Origin: Bryobacteraceae bacterium
GTDB lineage: Bacteria; Acidobacteriota; Terriglobia; Bryobacterales; Bryobacteraceae
NCBI GenBank assembly: GCA_965277315.1
Contig: OZ255724.1
Location: forward strand, 819,731 to 883,730
Length of the DNA: 64,000 bases
Reading direction: 5' to 3'
Both the position numbers and the translations under genes were made by a program. This document shows positions 1 to 10,231 of this stretch, one piece after another (position 1 is the stretch's first letter; every line of letters starts with the position of its first letter). The notes under the pieces were generated by a model. That model was not told the origin of the DNA. It did not search any database and saw only the letters and a program-made list of their open reading frames with translations.

Positions 1-1
1 A

Positions 2-1513
2 GCGCCCGCTAATACCGGAAACGCCATCGCCACCATGCTGCTCGGCTTTCCATCCAATACGACCCGCTACTTTTTTCTTCCGCCGAATGCGCACGTCATT
101 GGGAATGAGTTTAACTACTATGCGCGCGACGACTGGCGCATCACGAACAAGCTGACGTTAAACCTTGGCGTACATTACGAGATCGATACTCCGTACCATG
201 AAGCTGACAACTACTGGGTGAACTTCGATCCGGTAACCGCGCAAATTCTGATTGCAGGAAAGAATGCTTCTTCAACCGCCGATTGGAAAACGGACTATGC
301 CTCGGTTGCGCCCCGCATCGGCTTTGCTTACCAGGTAAGCAGCAAGACCGTTCTGCGCGGCGGATACGGCATTTTCTACGATCCGCAGGCGAACGAAGGC
401 ACAACAATTCGGCAGCAGCTCCAGTGGCCGTTCGCGCTCGTTTATACCTTGACGCCCGGCTCTCTGTTTCCGGGAAATAAGGTATCGCAAGGCTTCATTA
501 GCGCTTCGAGCCTTCCGCCTGGACTATTCGATACTCCCTTTGGAACGCTGAAAGGGATCCAATTCGATTTCCAGAACGCCTCGGTACAGCAGTTTAACTT
601 CGGGATACAGCAACAGTTGACCGGCCATTCGTCCTTTACGCTTTCCTACGTCGGCTCGCTTGGGAGGCACCTCACGTGGACGGACCCGATTGACCAGCCT
701 TCGCCGGGTCCTGGGAACATTCAGGCAAGACGGCCTTACAACACGCAATACCCCAACGTGCAAGGAATCAGTTATCTCGAGTCGGCCGGTAACTCAGAAT
801 ACAATTCGCTCCAGGCCAGCTTCCAACAACGTCTCAGCCACGGCTTCTTCTTTACTGCAAATTACGTTTGGTCGCATAGCTTGGATAATGCTCCGTTCGA
901 TGGCGGGGCGGATGGACCGATTCCTCAAGACCCGACGAATCGCCGGGCGGATTGGGCAAGCTCCGATAGCGACATTACGCACCGTGTCAACATCTACGGC
1001 ACTTATGAGCTCCCATTCGGTCCTGGCAAATCTTTCCTGAACAATAATTCAGTGTTGAGTAAATATGTCGCTGGCGGATGGCAAATCAATGGAATCGCGG
1101 TCCTTCAAACAGGACTGCCCTTTACCGTAACCACCACCGGATCGCCAACAAACACCGGCGCAGCCGGGCGAGCCGATGTGGTGCCCGCAGTAAGCGCGGC
1201 TCCGGCGAATCAGTCGATCAGTTCCTGGTTCAATCCGGCGGTCTTTGCATTTCCTACTGCGTACAACTGGGGCGATGCCGGACGCAACACCTTGCGAGGA
1301 CCGGACGAGGTGAATTTTGATTTTACGGCAGAAAAGAAATTTCCCATCATGGAAACCAAAAACCTGCTATTCCGGGCGGAGTTCTTCAACCTCCTCAATC
1401 ACCCTCAATTCGCAATACCTGCCAGCACGATCGGTTCCGCGGGAGTTGGCACGATCACATCTACTTCACATCCGGCCCGTCAGATTCAGTTCGCACTAAA
1501 GTTGGTGTTCTGA
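2..1513 (+). CDS. TonB-dependent outer-membrane receptor, C-terminal beta-barrel part (5' end lies outside the window)
   Basis: The frame is open from nt 2 with no upstream start. The sequence is long and rich in Gly, Tyr, Asn and Thr, as in barrel proteins. It contains 'FRAEFFNLLNHPQF' and ends '...QIQFALKLVF' with a terminal Phe, typical of TonB-dependent and other OM barrels. Confidence 0.8.
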   Translation, partial: APANTGNAIATMLLGFPSNTTRYFFLPPNAHVIGNEFNYYARDDWRITNKLTLNLGVHYEIDTPYHEADNYWVNFDPVTAQILIAGKNASSTADWKTDYASVAPRIGFAYQVSSKTVLRGGYGIFYDPQANEGTTIRQQLQWPFALVYTLTPGSLFPGNKVSQGFISASSLPPGLFDTPFGTLKGIQFDFQNASVQQFNFGIQQQLTGHSSFTLSYVGSLGRHLTWTDPIDQPSPGPGNIQARRPYNTQYPNVQGISYLESAGNSEYNSLQASFQQRLSHGFFFTANYVWSHSLDNAPFDGGADGPIPQDPTNRRADWASSDSDITHRVNIYGTYELPFGPGKSFLNNNSVLSKYVAGGWQINGIAVLQTGLPFTVTTTGSPTNTGAAGRADVVPAVSAAPANQSISSWFNPAVFAFPTAYNWGDAGRNTLRGPDEVNFDFTAEKKFPIMETKNLLFRAEFFNLLNHPQFAIPASTIGSAGVGTITSTSHPARQIQFALKLVF

Positions 1514-1565
1514 GGACACCTATGAATACTAAGCACGTACACTTACACATACAGGAGATTTATCC

Positions 1566-2888
1566 TTGAGTTCCCACATACGACGTAGAGATTTTCTCGC
1601 ATCATTAGCCGCGCCACTGATTGCAGCCCCGCTTTTGCGCGGCATGCCGATTCCTAAGATCAAAGATGTTTCCGTCATTACTACGGAGCCAGCCGGGGTC
1701 CGTCTGGTACTAGTAAAGATCCAAACCGATCAGGATGGTCTCTATGGCTATGGCTGCGCGACATTCACACAGCGTGCCGATCTAGTGGTCGACGCCGTCA
1801 ATGGATATCTCAAACCGCTGATCATGGGCCGCCCCACTGACGCGATCGATGACCTATGGCAAGTCATGTACAACTCCTCGTACTGGCGCAACGGTCCGGT
1901 GTTGAACAACGCCATCAGTGGAGTCGATCAGGCGCTCTGGGATATTAAGGGCCGCCAAGCGGGGATGCCGGTCTACGAGTTACTCGGTGGAAAGTGTCGC
2001 CGGGGGGCCATGGTTTACCGGCATGCCGCCGGGCGCGAGATCTCCGAGAGCATCGCTCAGGGGAGAAAGCTGATGTCGGAAGGCGCGAAGGCTGTACGGC
2101 TTCAGGTAGGCGTCCCCGGAATGGCCGCCTACGGAGCGGCTGGAGGTTCTGGACGGCAAGCTCAAAATGGCGTTCCGGAAGATCCCGTATTCGAGCCCGA
2201 GCCGTATGTGCGCCGTACTCTACAACTGTTTGAGGCAGGCCGGAAAGAGCTCGGCCCCGATGTTGAACTGCTGCACGACGTCCACGAGCGCGTGCCGCCG
2301 CGTTTGGCTGTGCAATTTGCAAAGGACATGGAACAGTTCCGGTTGTTCTTCCTTGAAGACGCATTATCACCGGAGAACATCGACTACTTCCGTCAAATTC
2401 GCGCAAACTGCACGACTCCGCTCGCGATGGGAGAGTTGTTCAACAATCCACATGAGTGGAACATCCTGATCAAAGACAGCTTGATTGACTACATTCGGGT
2501 ACACGTCTCGCAGACAGGAGGGTTAACGCCGGCCTGGAAAATAGCCAACATGGCCGAGGCGTTTCAGGTGAAGACCGCATGGCACGGACCCGGCGATGTT
2601 TCACCGGTTGGGCACTGCGCAAACGTCACGCTCGACGTTGTCTGTCGCAACTTCGGCATTCAGGAGTGGACCGAGCCGAATGAACACATCCAAGAGGTTT
2701 TTCAAGGCTATCCGGAGATGAAAGACGGCTACGCTTATCCCAATGACAAGCCGGGTTGGGGTGTGGAGATCAACGAGAAAGCCGCGGCCAAATATCCCTT
2801 TGGCATCTCCGAACGCGGCGAACACAAAACGCTCAATGGCGGATGGGGCGTTGTGCGGCGTGCGGACGGAACAGTGATTAACCAGTGA
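1566..2888 (+). CDS. Enolase-superfamily dehydratase (mannonate/galactonate dehydratase-like, RspA/ManD-type) with a twin-arginine leader
   Basis: 440 aa with a TTG start. The N-terminus 'HIRRRDFLASLAAPLIAAPLL' looks like a Tat signal. Enolase-superfamily blocks are present: 'GVDQALWDIKG', 'LLHDVHERV', 'FFLEDAL', 'AWHGPGDVSP'. Confidence 0.8.
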   Translation: MSSHIRRRDFLASLAAPLIAAPLLRGMPIPKIKDVSVITTEPAGVRLVLVKIQTDQDGLYGYGCATFTQRADLVVDAVNGYLKPLIMGRPTDAIDDLWQVMYNSSYWRNGPVLNNAISGVDQALWDIKGRQAGMPVYELLGGKCRRGAMVYRHAAGREISESIAQGRKLMSEGAKAVRLQVGVPGMAAYGAAGGSGRQAQNGVPEDPVFEPEPYVRRTLQLFEAGRKELGPDVELLHDVHERVPPRLAVQFAKDMEQFRLFFLEDALSPENIDYFRQIRANCTTPLAMGELFNNPHEWNILIKDSLIDYIRVHVSQTGGLTPAWKIANMAEAFQVKTAWHGPGDVSPVGHCANVTLDVVCRNFGIQEWTEPNEHIQEVFQGYPEMKDGYAYPNDKPGWGVEINEKAAAKYPFGISERGEHKTLNGGWGVVRRADGTVINQ

Positions 2889-2951
2889 ACATTGCGCGGA
2901 TCGGCTACGATCTCCTGCAAACAACTCCATTGGATTCCGAATAAGCACCGC

Positions 2952-3776
2952 ATGCGAAGTATTGTCCTCCTTTCCCTGTGCACTACGTTCTGCATGGCGC
3001 AGAGCAACCGAACTGGTGCAGAAATAAAGAACCCGTTAGCGGGACAAAAAGCGGCCATTGAAGCTGGTCAACATCGCTTTCGAGAGGGCTGCGCAGCTTG
3101 TCACGGCGCCAATGCAGAGGGAGGGCGAGGACCAAATCTGGTAGACAATCGGGACGTCAAGCGAATGACCGACGAGCGGCTATTCACTACGATCCGGCAG
3201 GGCATTTCAGGAACTGAAATGCCTCCCTCGCCCATGCCGGACAAAAATACTTGGGAAGTGGCCGCCTTCGTCCGCAGCCTCAGTGCTCCCGCTTTTGAAA
3301 CTCCCGTTGAGGGCGAATCGGAAAAGGGGCGCGCTGCATTCTTCGGCAATACCGGTTGCAGTAGTTGCCACATGATCCGAGGCATGGGCGGGTTTATCGG
3401 CCCCGATCTAACCAATATTGGGATCTCCGGCACCATCGCTCAGCTTCGCGAGAGCATATTACATCCCAACCATCGTAAAACTGAAGGATTCGCGGGCGTA
3501 ACAGTGATTTTGAAGAACGGAACCCGAATCCAGGGAGTCGCGAAGAATAACTCTAATTATTCAATTCAAATTCTCGACGCCCGAGGCCATCTCTATCTAC
3601 TGAACAAATCGGATCTTACAGAAGTGGAGTTCAGCCACAAGTCGCTTATGCCTGACACCTATGGACAAACCCTCAGCCCGGAGGATTTGCAGAACCTTCT
3701 TGCTTTTCTCAGCAGGCAAATGATTAGACCGGAAGCCGTCACAATAAACACGCAACAGCAGCGGGACAGAGACTAG
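2952..3776 (+). CDS. Dihaem c-type cytochrome, likely electron acceptor of the downstream quinoprotein
   Basis: Two CxxCH motifs (CAACH and CSSCH). A signal-like N-terminus 'MRSIVLLSLCTTFCMAQ' begins at the internal ATG 2952; the ORF-track start 2892 adds a non-signal extension. Its stop TAG abuts the ATG of the next gene (3774-3779). Confidence 0.8.
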   Translation: MRSIVLLSLCTTFCMAQSNRTGAEIKNPLAGQKAAIEAGQHRFREGCAACHGANAEGGRGPNLVDNRDVKRMTDERLFTTIRQGISGTEMPPSPMPDKNTWEVAAFVRSLSAPAFETPVEGESEKGRAAFFGNTGCSSCHMIRGMGGFIGPDLTNIGISGTIAQLRESILHPNHRKTEGFAGVTVILKNGTRIQGVAKNNSNYSIQILDARGHLYLLNKSDLTEVEFSHKSLMPDTYGQTLSPEDLQNLLAFLSRQMIRPEAVTINTQQQRDRD

Positions 3777-5381
3777 ATGCGCACTCTGAGTGCGCTGTTT
3801 TTCTTCGCGCTCTACGTTTCCGGGCAGATCTCATACAGCGATATCTGCAAGAGCCCATCCGGTGACTGGCTAACCTATAACGGTGATTACAGCGGGAAGC
3901 GCTATAGTCCGCTCAGGCAGATCGATCGGGAAAGTGTTGCTAATCTCGTTCCGAAGTGGACTTATCACGTGAAAAGCGCACGCCGCCTGGAGACTACGCC
4001 GCTTGTTTTCGACGGCGTGATGTATATCACAAACACCAACGAGGTGGATGCGATTGACGCGAGCACAGGCAGAGAAATCTGGGTGTACCGTGACGAACTA
4101 GCAGCCAGGCAGAGCGTGAATCGTGGAGTCGCGTTGCTTGGCAACAGTGTTTTCTTTGTAACGGGCGACGCACACCTCGTCGCCTTGCAACGTTCCACGG
4201 GAGCCGTTTTGTGGGAGAAGGAATTCGGGGATGTTCGCAAGGGATATTACGCCACGCTTGCGCCATTGGCGTTGAAAGATCGCGTGATTGTCGGCGTGTC
4301 GGGCGGCGAGTCAGGAATGCGCGGATTCGTGGCTGCGTTGTCTGCCTCCACCGGCGAGGAACTATGGCGTTTCTACACGGTCCCGGCGAAAGGCGAGCCG
4401 GGTTCGGAGACGTGGGACAAATTCGATACTCAGTACGGTGGAGGGGCCACCTGGATGACCGGCACCTTCGATCCGGAACTGAATATGCTCTATTGGACTA
4501 CCGGCAATCCGTGGCCCGATTATTATGGAGGCGGTCGCCACGGCGACAACCTTTACACGGATTCGATTGTTGCACTGGACGCGGACACGGGAAAGTTGAA
4601 GTGGTATTTTCAATTCACTCCGCACGACACTCACGACTGGGACGCGCAGTCTATTCCGGTCCTGGTCGACCTGAACTACCGAGGTAAAGTGCGGAAGCTT
4701 CTCCTTCACCCGAACCGTAACGGATTTCTATACATACTGGATAGGGTCACGGGCCAGTTCCTCAAGGCTTATCCGTTCGTCGATCAACTTAACTGGGCGA
4801 AAGGAATAGATGCCAAGGGAAGGCCGATCGAGAATCCCAACATTGAGCCAATCCCCGGCGGACGTAAGGTTTGCCCGGCCACCCGCGGAGCGGCTAACTG
4901 GATGTCTCCATCGTTCAATCCACAAACGAGGTTGCTCTACGTTCCCACGCTGGAACAATGCGACAATTACGTCGGCATGCAACGCAACCCCCAGCCAATG
5001 CATGGCTTAGCGGGGGGAGGCGGGGAATCTATTCCGGGCGAGCCAGGACAATTTTATCTTCGAGCTCTTGATCCGCTGACCGGAGAGCGGCGCTGGGAAC
5101 ATGCCATGACCGGTCCGGCAACCATGTGGGCCGGAACAGTATCGACCGCGGGAGGACTGGTACTCTTTGGAAGCGACGAAGGAGAACTCGTAGCTCTGAA
5201 TTCCTCAACCGGAAGAGATCTCTGGCATTACAACATGGGCCAGCTACTGACGGCCTCCCCAATCAGTTTTTCCGTTCACGGAAAACAATACGTGTCCATC
5301 GCTTCCGGTACGGATGTGTTTACCTTTGGCTTGTTCGAGCCGGCAGCGCCGATTCTACCTCCCATGCAGCACGGCAACTGA
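3777..5381 (+). CDS. PQQ-dependent dehydrogenase (quinoprotein, 8-bladed beta-propeller)
   Basis: 534 aa with a signal peptide. The N-terminus 'DWLTYNGDYSGKRYSPLRQI' is typical of quinoproteins, and there are repeated blades of the 'A.D..TG...W' type ('ALDADTGKLKWYF', 'AIDASTGREIWVY', 'ALNSSTGRDLWHY'). It sits directly behind a cytochrome c gene. Confidence 0.85.
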   Translation: MRTLSALFFFALYVSGQISYSDICKSPSGDWLTYNGDYSGKRYSPLRQIDRESVANLVPKWTYHVKSARRLETTPLVFDGVMYITNTNEVDAIDASTGREIWVYRDELAARQSVNRGVALLGNSVFFVTGDAHLVALQRSTGAVLWEKEFGDVRKGYYATLAPLALKDRVIVGVSGGESGMRGFVAALSASTGEELWRFYTVPAKGEPGSETWDKFDTQYGGGATWMTGTFDPELNMLYWTTGNPWPDYYGGGRHGDNLYTDSIVALDADTGKLKWYFQFTPHDTHDWDAQSIPVLVDLNYRGKVRKLLLHPNRNGFLYILDRVTGQFLKAYPFVDQLNWAKGIDAKGRPIENPNIEPIPGGRKVCPATRGAANWMSPSFNPQTRLLYVPTLEQCDNYVGMQRNPQPMHGLAGGGGESIPGEPGQFYLRALDPLTGERRWEHAMTGPATMWAGTVSTAGGLVLFGSDEGELVALNSSTGRDLWHYNMGQLLTASPISFSVHGKQYVSIASGTDVFTFGLFEPAAPILPPMQHGN

Positions 5382-5467
5382 TCGAAAATTTACCGGAAAC
5401 TCCTTCGGCTCGCCTTTGTAATGTCGAATTCTCCGTTCTTACGCATCCATTAAGGGAAAGGGCAGCT

Positions 5468-6364
5468 ATGGAAAAGCGTAGGCTCGGAAAAACCGGGATG
5501 GAAGTATCGGTACTTGGATTCGGAGGAGCCGAAATCGGTTATCAGGGCGTGCCGTTCGAACAGGCGCAGCAATTGCTCAATAAGGCGCTCGATGCAGGAT
5601 TGAACGTCATCGATACCGCCGAATGCTACCGGAATAGTGAAGAACTGATTGGCAAAGCACTCAGTGGTCGCCGTAGTGACTTCTTTCTGTTTACAAAGTG
5701 CGGACATGCGTCGGGATTCGATCTGCCCGACTGGAATCCCAAAATGCTGGAACAGCAGATCGACCGCAGCCTAAAGCGTTTACAGGCCGATACTGTGGAT
5801 CTAATTCAGCTCCACGGCTGCTCGAAGGACCTGCTGGAGAAAGGCGACGTGATCCGGGTTCTGGAAAACGCTCGCGATGCCGGCAAAACAAAGTTTATTG
5901 GATATAGCGGTGACAGTGAAGATGCTGTTTATGCTATCAACACGGGCAGATTCGATACGCTGCAGACATCCATCAACATCGCTGACCAGGAGGCTATTGC
6001 CCTGACATTGCCTTTAGCCCAGGAGAAGCAGATGGGTGTGATTGCAAAGCGTCCCATAGCCAACGCCGCTTGGAAAACCGGGTCGAAGCCGCAGGACGCA
6101 TATCACCACGAATATTGGGAGAGATTGCAAAAGCTGGATTATCAGTTCCTAAAGGAAAATTTGAACGACGCTATCTCAATTGCACTCCGGTTCACGCTCG
6201 CTGCACCCGGCGTGGGGACCGCGATCGTCGGCACTTCCAACCCGGACCGATGGGCCTCAAACGCAAGGCTTCTGGAATCCGGCGCGTTGAGTTCGGAGGA
6301 AGTGGAAATGATCCGTGGCCGCTGGGAAGAGATGGCAGCCGGTCAATGGGTCGGTCAGGGATAA
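5468..6364 (+). CDS. Aldo/keto reductase
   Basis: 'MEKRRLGKTGMEVSVLGFGG...IDTAECYRNSEELIG' is a canonical AKR N-terminus. I prefer the start at ATG 5468. The ORF-track start 5126 would overlap the PQQ dehydrogenase by about 250 nt with non-AKR sequence. Confidence 0.85.
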   Translation: MEKRRLGKTGMEVSVLGFGGAEIGYQGVPFEQAQQLLNKALDAGLNVIDTAECYRNSEELIGKALSGRRSDFFLFTKCGHASGFDLPDWNPKMLEQQIDRSLKRLQADTVDLIQLHGCSKDLLEKGDVIRVLENARDAGKTKFIGYSGDSEDAVYAINTGRFDTLQTSINIADQEAIALTLPLAQEKQMGVIAKRPIANAAWKTGSKPQDAYHHEYWERLQKLDYQFLKENLNDAISIALRFTLAAPGVGTAIVGTSNPDRWASNARLLESGALSSEEVEMIRGRWEEMAAGQWVGQG

Positions 6365-6401
6365 TAGCTCACCAATCATTCAGAGACTTTTTTACAAAAC
6401 C

Positions 6402-7379
6402 ATGGAATACGTTAACTTTGGAAAAACCGGATTGAAGGTATCGCGGCTTTGTTTGGGCTGCATGACCTATGGCTCAAAGCAGTGGCGCGAGTGGGTGCTG
6501 GAAGAAGAGGAGAGCCGCCCCTCCATCAAGGCCGCTGTCGAGGCTGGGATCAATTTCTTCGATACTGCAAACATTTATTCGCTGGGCGTAAGCGAGGAGA
6601 TCGTCGGCCGCGCACTACGGGACTTTGCAAAACGCGACGAAACGGTTATCGCGACGAAACTGTTCAACCCCATGCGGGAAGATCCGAATGGACGCGGCCT
6701 TTCGCGCAAGGCCGTTATGACCGAAATCGATAACAGCCTGAGGCGTTTGGGAACCGATTACGTCGATCTTTATCAGATCCATCGTTGGGACTACGCTACA
6801 CCCATCGAAGAAACGATGGAAGCGCTCAGCGATGTGGTCAAAGCAGGCAAGGCACGCTACATCGGCGCATCGTCCATGTTCGCCTGGCAATTCTCGAAGG
6901 CACTCTACACGTCGAAACTCAACGGCTGGACGCCATTCGTCTCGATGCAGAATCACTACAACCTGATTTATCGCGAAGAGGAGCGGGAGATGATGCCGCT
7001 CTGTGAAGATCAGGGCATTGCCGTGATCCCCTGGTCACCCCTGGCGCGCGGATTTCTAGCAGGTAATCGCGGCAAGGAGGGCGGCGAGACAACACGCTCC
7101 AAAACCGACGACTACGCCAAGCAGATGTACTATCAAGACGATGATTTCGCGGTAGCAAACCGGCTGACCGAAGTGGCAGAGCAGCGAGGCGTTTCGAACA
7201 TGAAGGTAGCGCTCGCCTGGGTCTTGTCAAAGAGTTACGTGACAGCCCCGATCATTGGGACCAGCAAGCCGCACCATTTGAACGACGCCGTGGCAGCGCT
7301 CGAGATTAAGTTGTCCAAAGAAGAGATTGAAAAGCTGGAAGAGCCCTACAAGCCGCACAAGATCCTCGGCCACTCCTAG
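6402..7379 (+). CDS. Aldo/keto reductase (second paralog, Tas/YajO-like)
   Basis: 'MEYVNFGKTGLKVSRLCLGCMTYG...FFDTANIYSLGVSEEIVG...DLYQIHRWD'. I chose the start at ATG 6402 instead of 6315, which overlaps the previous gene. Confidence 0.85.
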   Translation: MEYVNFGKTGLKVSRLCLGCMTYGSKQWREWVLEEEESRPSIKAAVEAGINFFDTANIYSLGVSEEIVGRALRDFAKRDETVIATKLFNPMREDPNGRGLSRKAVMTEIDNSLRRLGTDYVDLYQIHRWDYATPIEETMEALSDVVKAGKARYIGASSMFAWQFSKALYTSKLNGWTPFVSMQNHYNLIYREEEREMMPLCEDQGIAVIPWSPLARGFLAGNRGKEGGETTRSKTDDYAKQMYYQDDDFAVANRLTEVAEQRGVSNMKVALAWVLSKSYVTAPIIGTSKPHHLNDAVAALEIKLSKEEIEKLEEPYKPHKILGHS

Positions 7380-8041
7380 CAATTGCGCAGGATCTGCCGG
7401 ACTAGCAACGTAGCCTCACGGTCTTGTGCCATCAACATGGGGCCGAGTGGAGATCCGAGAAAAATGACTCCGCCGGAGCCAATCGGTTTCTTCGCCGCCA
7501 CCGTGAGGCCTCCCAAATAGGCAACGGGCTGACACTGGGTTCCGCTGACCGCGGCGGGCTCTCCAAAGTGCCGAACCAGCACATCCGTCGGCCATCGGTA
7601 TCGCAGGTAGGACGTCCTTCCCGTCGTGGGCCTGCTTGCTAGTTCGACACGCAATCCAAACACCTCGCGAATTGCCGCGCACTGACTTTCTGCCTCAAGC
7701 GCCTCCGCAAAAGCGAGGCCGCTTTCAAGGATTAGCGTATCTCCGGCTTCGGCTCTTCGGCGCAGCGCAATGGTCGTCGCTAACGATAACGAGGCCCCCG
7801 CCGGAATGATGATAGTGCGAAAGGTGGCCGCTTGCACTGCCGATACAACTTCGACGGGATATTTGAAGACATCAAGCACGTTCCGATAACCGGCTACAGA
7901 TTCCCAAGTCAGGCAATTGCCCCCGTCAAGAAAGAACGAGACGCCACCGCGATCTCCAGCCTCCATCGTTCGCGCGGAAAACAGAGCGGCCCCACCCGCT
8001 GCCGTCCATACAAGTTGCCGACGAGTGAGACTCACGTTCAC
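7376..8041 (-). CDS. Hypothetical protein with a Tat-like leader
   Basis: 221 aa. The GTG start overlaps the upstream stop (GTGA). The N-terminus is 'LTRRQLVWTAAGGAALFSA'. I recognise no family motif. Confidence 0.5.
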   Translation of the reverse strand: MNVSLTRRQLVWTAAGGAALFSARTMEAGDRGGVSFFLDGGNCLTWESVAGYRNVLDVFKYPVEVVSAVQAATFRTIIIPAGASLSLATTIALRRRAEAGDTLILESGLAFAEALEAESQCAAIREVFGLRVELASRPTTGRTSYLRYRWPTDVLVRHFGEPAAVSGTQCQPVAYLGGLTVAAKKPIGSGGVIFLGSPLGPMLMAQDREATLLVRQILRNC

Positions 8042-8877
8042 ATCCGTCCAGAGATGAAGCGATCCATCACCGCCGAGGTAGCGAAAAACTGTTGGTCAGG
8101 AGCGAACCGGTAGCGATCTTCTATCTCGGCGATAATCCAGCCATCGTAGCCCACCTTCCGAATGGCATCGCGGATGAGCGGCCAGTTGTTATCGCCTAAA
8201 AAGATACCGGGGTACACGCTCTGATGGCCGCACCGGCCACGATGTTTCAGCGTATCCTTCACGTGCATCCGGGTAATTTTCGGGCCGTTGATTTCGATCC
8301 ATTGTTCCGCGAATCCGGTATCGTGTATGTTGCCGGTATCCAGGTGTATGCCGACCCAGGGGCTATTCACATCGTTTAGAAACGTCGCAAATTCACGCGG
8401 GCTAAGCAGAAATCGCTGCTCGGCACAGCAATTCTCCACGCCGATTTTCACCCGAGCCGAAGAGGCCTTTGCGCCAAGACGTTTCATCGCCTCCACACAG
8501 CGTCCATAAACTTCGCTGTAAGGATTGTCCTCGGTAACAATCCCCGCCACGATCAGAATCGCATCGGTTCCGAAGATCTGTGCCGCCTCAATCTGGCGTT
8601 CGATATGGCGGAAGGCAGCCTCCCGCTTGCGCGGATCGCGCGACGAAACATTCTCTTCCCAATCGAGAGTATTGGAGACGTTTGAGACATGTAGCCCGGC
8701 GTCGTGGATCTTGTTGAGAATTCCACGCAGATCGGCATCGCTGGCGGTCATCTGAAACCATGGCTGACCGCCCAGCCACATTTCGATGCCATCGAACCGC
8801 GCGCGCTTCACCAACTGGAGCCCATCTTCCAGGCTCATGCCTTTAGGAATCAGATTGTCGCCGATAGATTTTTTCAC
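8038..8877 (-). CDS. Sugar-phosphate isomerase/epimerase (xylose-isomerase-like TIM barrel)
   Basis: 'ARFDGIEMW', 'HLDTGN' and 'HVKD' blocks are typical of the AP-endonuclease-2/xylose-isomerase-like fold. I prefer GTG 8877, which overlaps the glyA stop as GTGA, over ATG 8904, which would run 31 nt into glyA. Confidence 0.7.
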   Translation of the reverse strand: MKKSIGDNLIPKGMSLEDGLQLVKRARFDGIEMWLGGQPWFQMTASDADLRGILNKIHDAGLHVSNVSNTLDWEENVSSRDPRKREAAFRHIERQIEAAQIFGTDAILIVAGIVTEDNPYSEVYGRCVEAMKRLGAKASSARVKIGVENCCAEQRFLLSPREFATFLNDVNSPWVGIHLDTGNIHDTGFAEQWIEINGPKITRMHVKDTLKHRGRCGHQSVYPGIFLGDNNWPLIRDAIRKVGYDGWIIAEIEDRYRFAPDQQFFATSAVMDRFISGRM

Positions 8878-10160
8878 CGAGCCGCCGCCAACTGCTGCCG
8901 CCATTGATAAAGCGGGAACTTCTCCGTCAGAGTCGCGATGCCCCGCCGCGCTTCGGTAAGCGCAGCTTCGGATTTTATATTGCTGACCACATGCGCAATC
9001 AGCCGGCCCACTTCGGCCATCTCCGGCTCCCCAAAGCCTCGCGTCGTCACAGCCGGACTACCCAGGCGAATCCCGCTCGGGTTCAGCGGAGGATTCGTGT
9101 CAAACGGAATCGCATTCTTATTGGCGGTGATGTACGCCTCATCCAGAGCCTTCTCCGCTTCTTTACCCTTCACGCCTTTGGCAAACACGTCGATCATCAG
9201 CATGTGTGAATCGGTACCGCCGCTGATAACACGAAAGCCCTCGTTCTGCAGCGTCTTCGCCAGAGCACGGGCATTGGCAACCACGCGCGTCTGGTAATCG
9301 CGAAATTCACTGCCGAGCGCTTCTTTAAAACAGACCGCTTTCGCAGCGATGACATGCATCAGCGGACCACCTTGCGCGCCGGGAAACACGGCCTTATCGA
9401 TCCCCGCGCCGAATTTCTCTTTGGCCAGGATCAGGCCGGATCTTGGCCCGCGCAAGGTTTTATGGGTGGTGGTTGTAACAATGTCCGCATGCTCGCACGG
9501 GTTCGGATACACGCCAGCAGCCACCAAGCCGGAATAATGCGCCATGTCGACCAGAAACACGGCGCCCACTGAGTCGGCGATTTGCCGAAAGCGGGCAAAG
9601 TCGATCACTCGCGAATACGCGCTCGCGCCGGCAATAATCATCTTCGGCTTGTGCTCTTCGGCGAGCTTCGCTACTTCCTCATAGTCGATGGTCTCGTCCT
9701 CCCGGCGCACACCATAAGCCGCTACCTTGTAAAGCTTTCCCGAAAAGTTAAGCGGGTGGCCGTGCGTCAAATGCCCACCATGCGAAAGGTTCATTCCAAG
9801 AATGGTGTCGCCGGGCTGCAAGAACGAAGCATACGCGGCTTCATTGGCCTGCGATCCCGAGTGCGGCTGAACATTGGCATATTCAGCATTGAACAAGCGT
9901 TTGGCGCGGTCACGGGCGAGCGTTTCCACCTGATCGGCAAACTCACAGCCGCCGTAATAGCGTTTGCCGGGATAGCCTTCGGCGTATTTGTTGGTGAACA
10001 CGCTCCCGGTCGCTTCCAGCACCGCTTCAGACGTGAAATTTTCACTGGCGATCAGCTCCAGGCGCGTATTCTGCCGGTCCGCTTCTCTCTGAATGGCCTC
10101 AAAAATCTCGGGGTCTTTCTCGGCGAGAGGCATCGCCATGCGCTGCTGGTCGGTGTTCAT
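8874..10160 (-). CDS. glyA: Serine hydroxymethyltransferase
   Basis: 428 aa with '[17 protein letters not shown]' and the PLP-lysine block '[15 protein letters not shown]'. Confidence 0.97.
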   Translation of the reverse strand: MNTDQQRMAMPLAEKDPEIFEAIQREADRQNTRLELIASENFTSEAVLEATGSVFTNKYAEGYPGKRYYGGCEFADQVETLARDRAKRLFNAEYANVQPHSGSQANEAAYASFLQPGDTILGMNLSHGGHLTHGHPLNFSGKLYKVAAYGVRREDETIDYEEVAKLAEEHKPKMIIAGASAYSRVIDFARFRQIADSVGAVFLVDMAHYSGLVAAGVYPNPCEHADIVTTTTHKTLRGPRSGLILAKEKFGAGIDKAVFPGAQGGPLMHVIAAKAVCFKEALGSEFRDYQTRVVANARALAKTLQNEGFRVISGGTDSHMLMIDVFAKGVKGKEAEKALDEAYITANKNAIPFDTNPPLNPSGIRLGSPAVTTRGFGEPEMAEVGRLIAHVVSNIKSEAALTEARRGIATLTEKFPLYQWRQQLAAAR

Positions 10161-10231
10161 CTTGTAATTTTATTATCTTTGATTGGGGTTAGGGGGTTCC
10201 CATTAAGTTCGCAATTGTATACCGAATCGTT

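Noticed and set aside
5126-5467. N-terminal extensions given by the ORF track for several genes (5126, 6315, 2892, 38178, 39072, 45876, 47282, 58280, 61521, 18777).
   Set aside because: Each extension overlaps the preceding well-supported gene and encodes non-homologous Arg-rich sequence. In every case an internal start sits at a family-typical N-terminus, usually with an RBS or a stop/start overlap.
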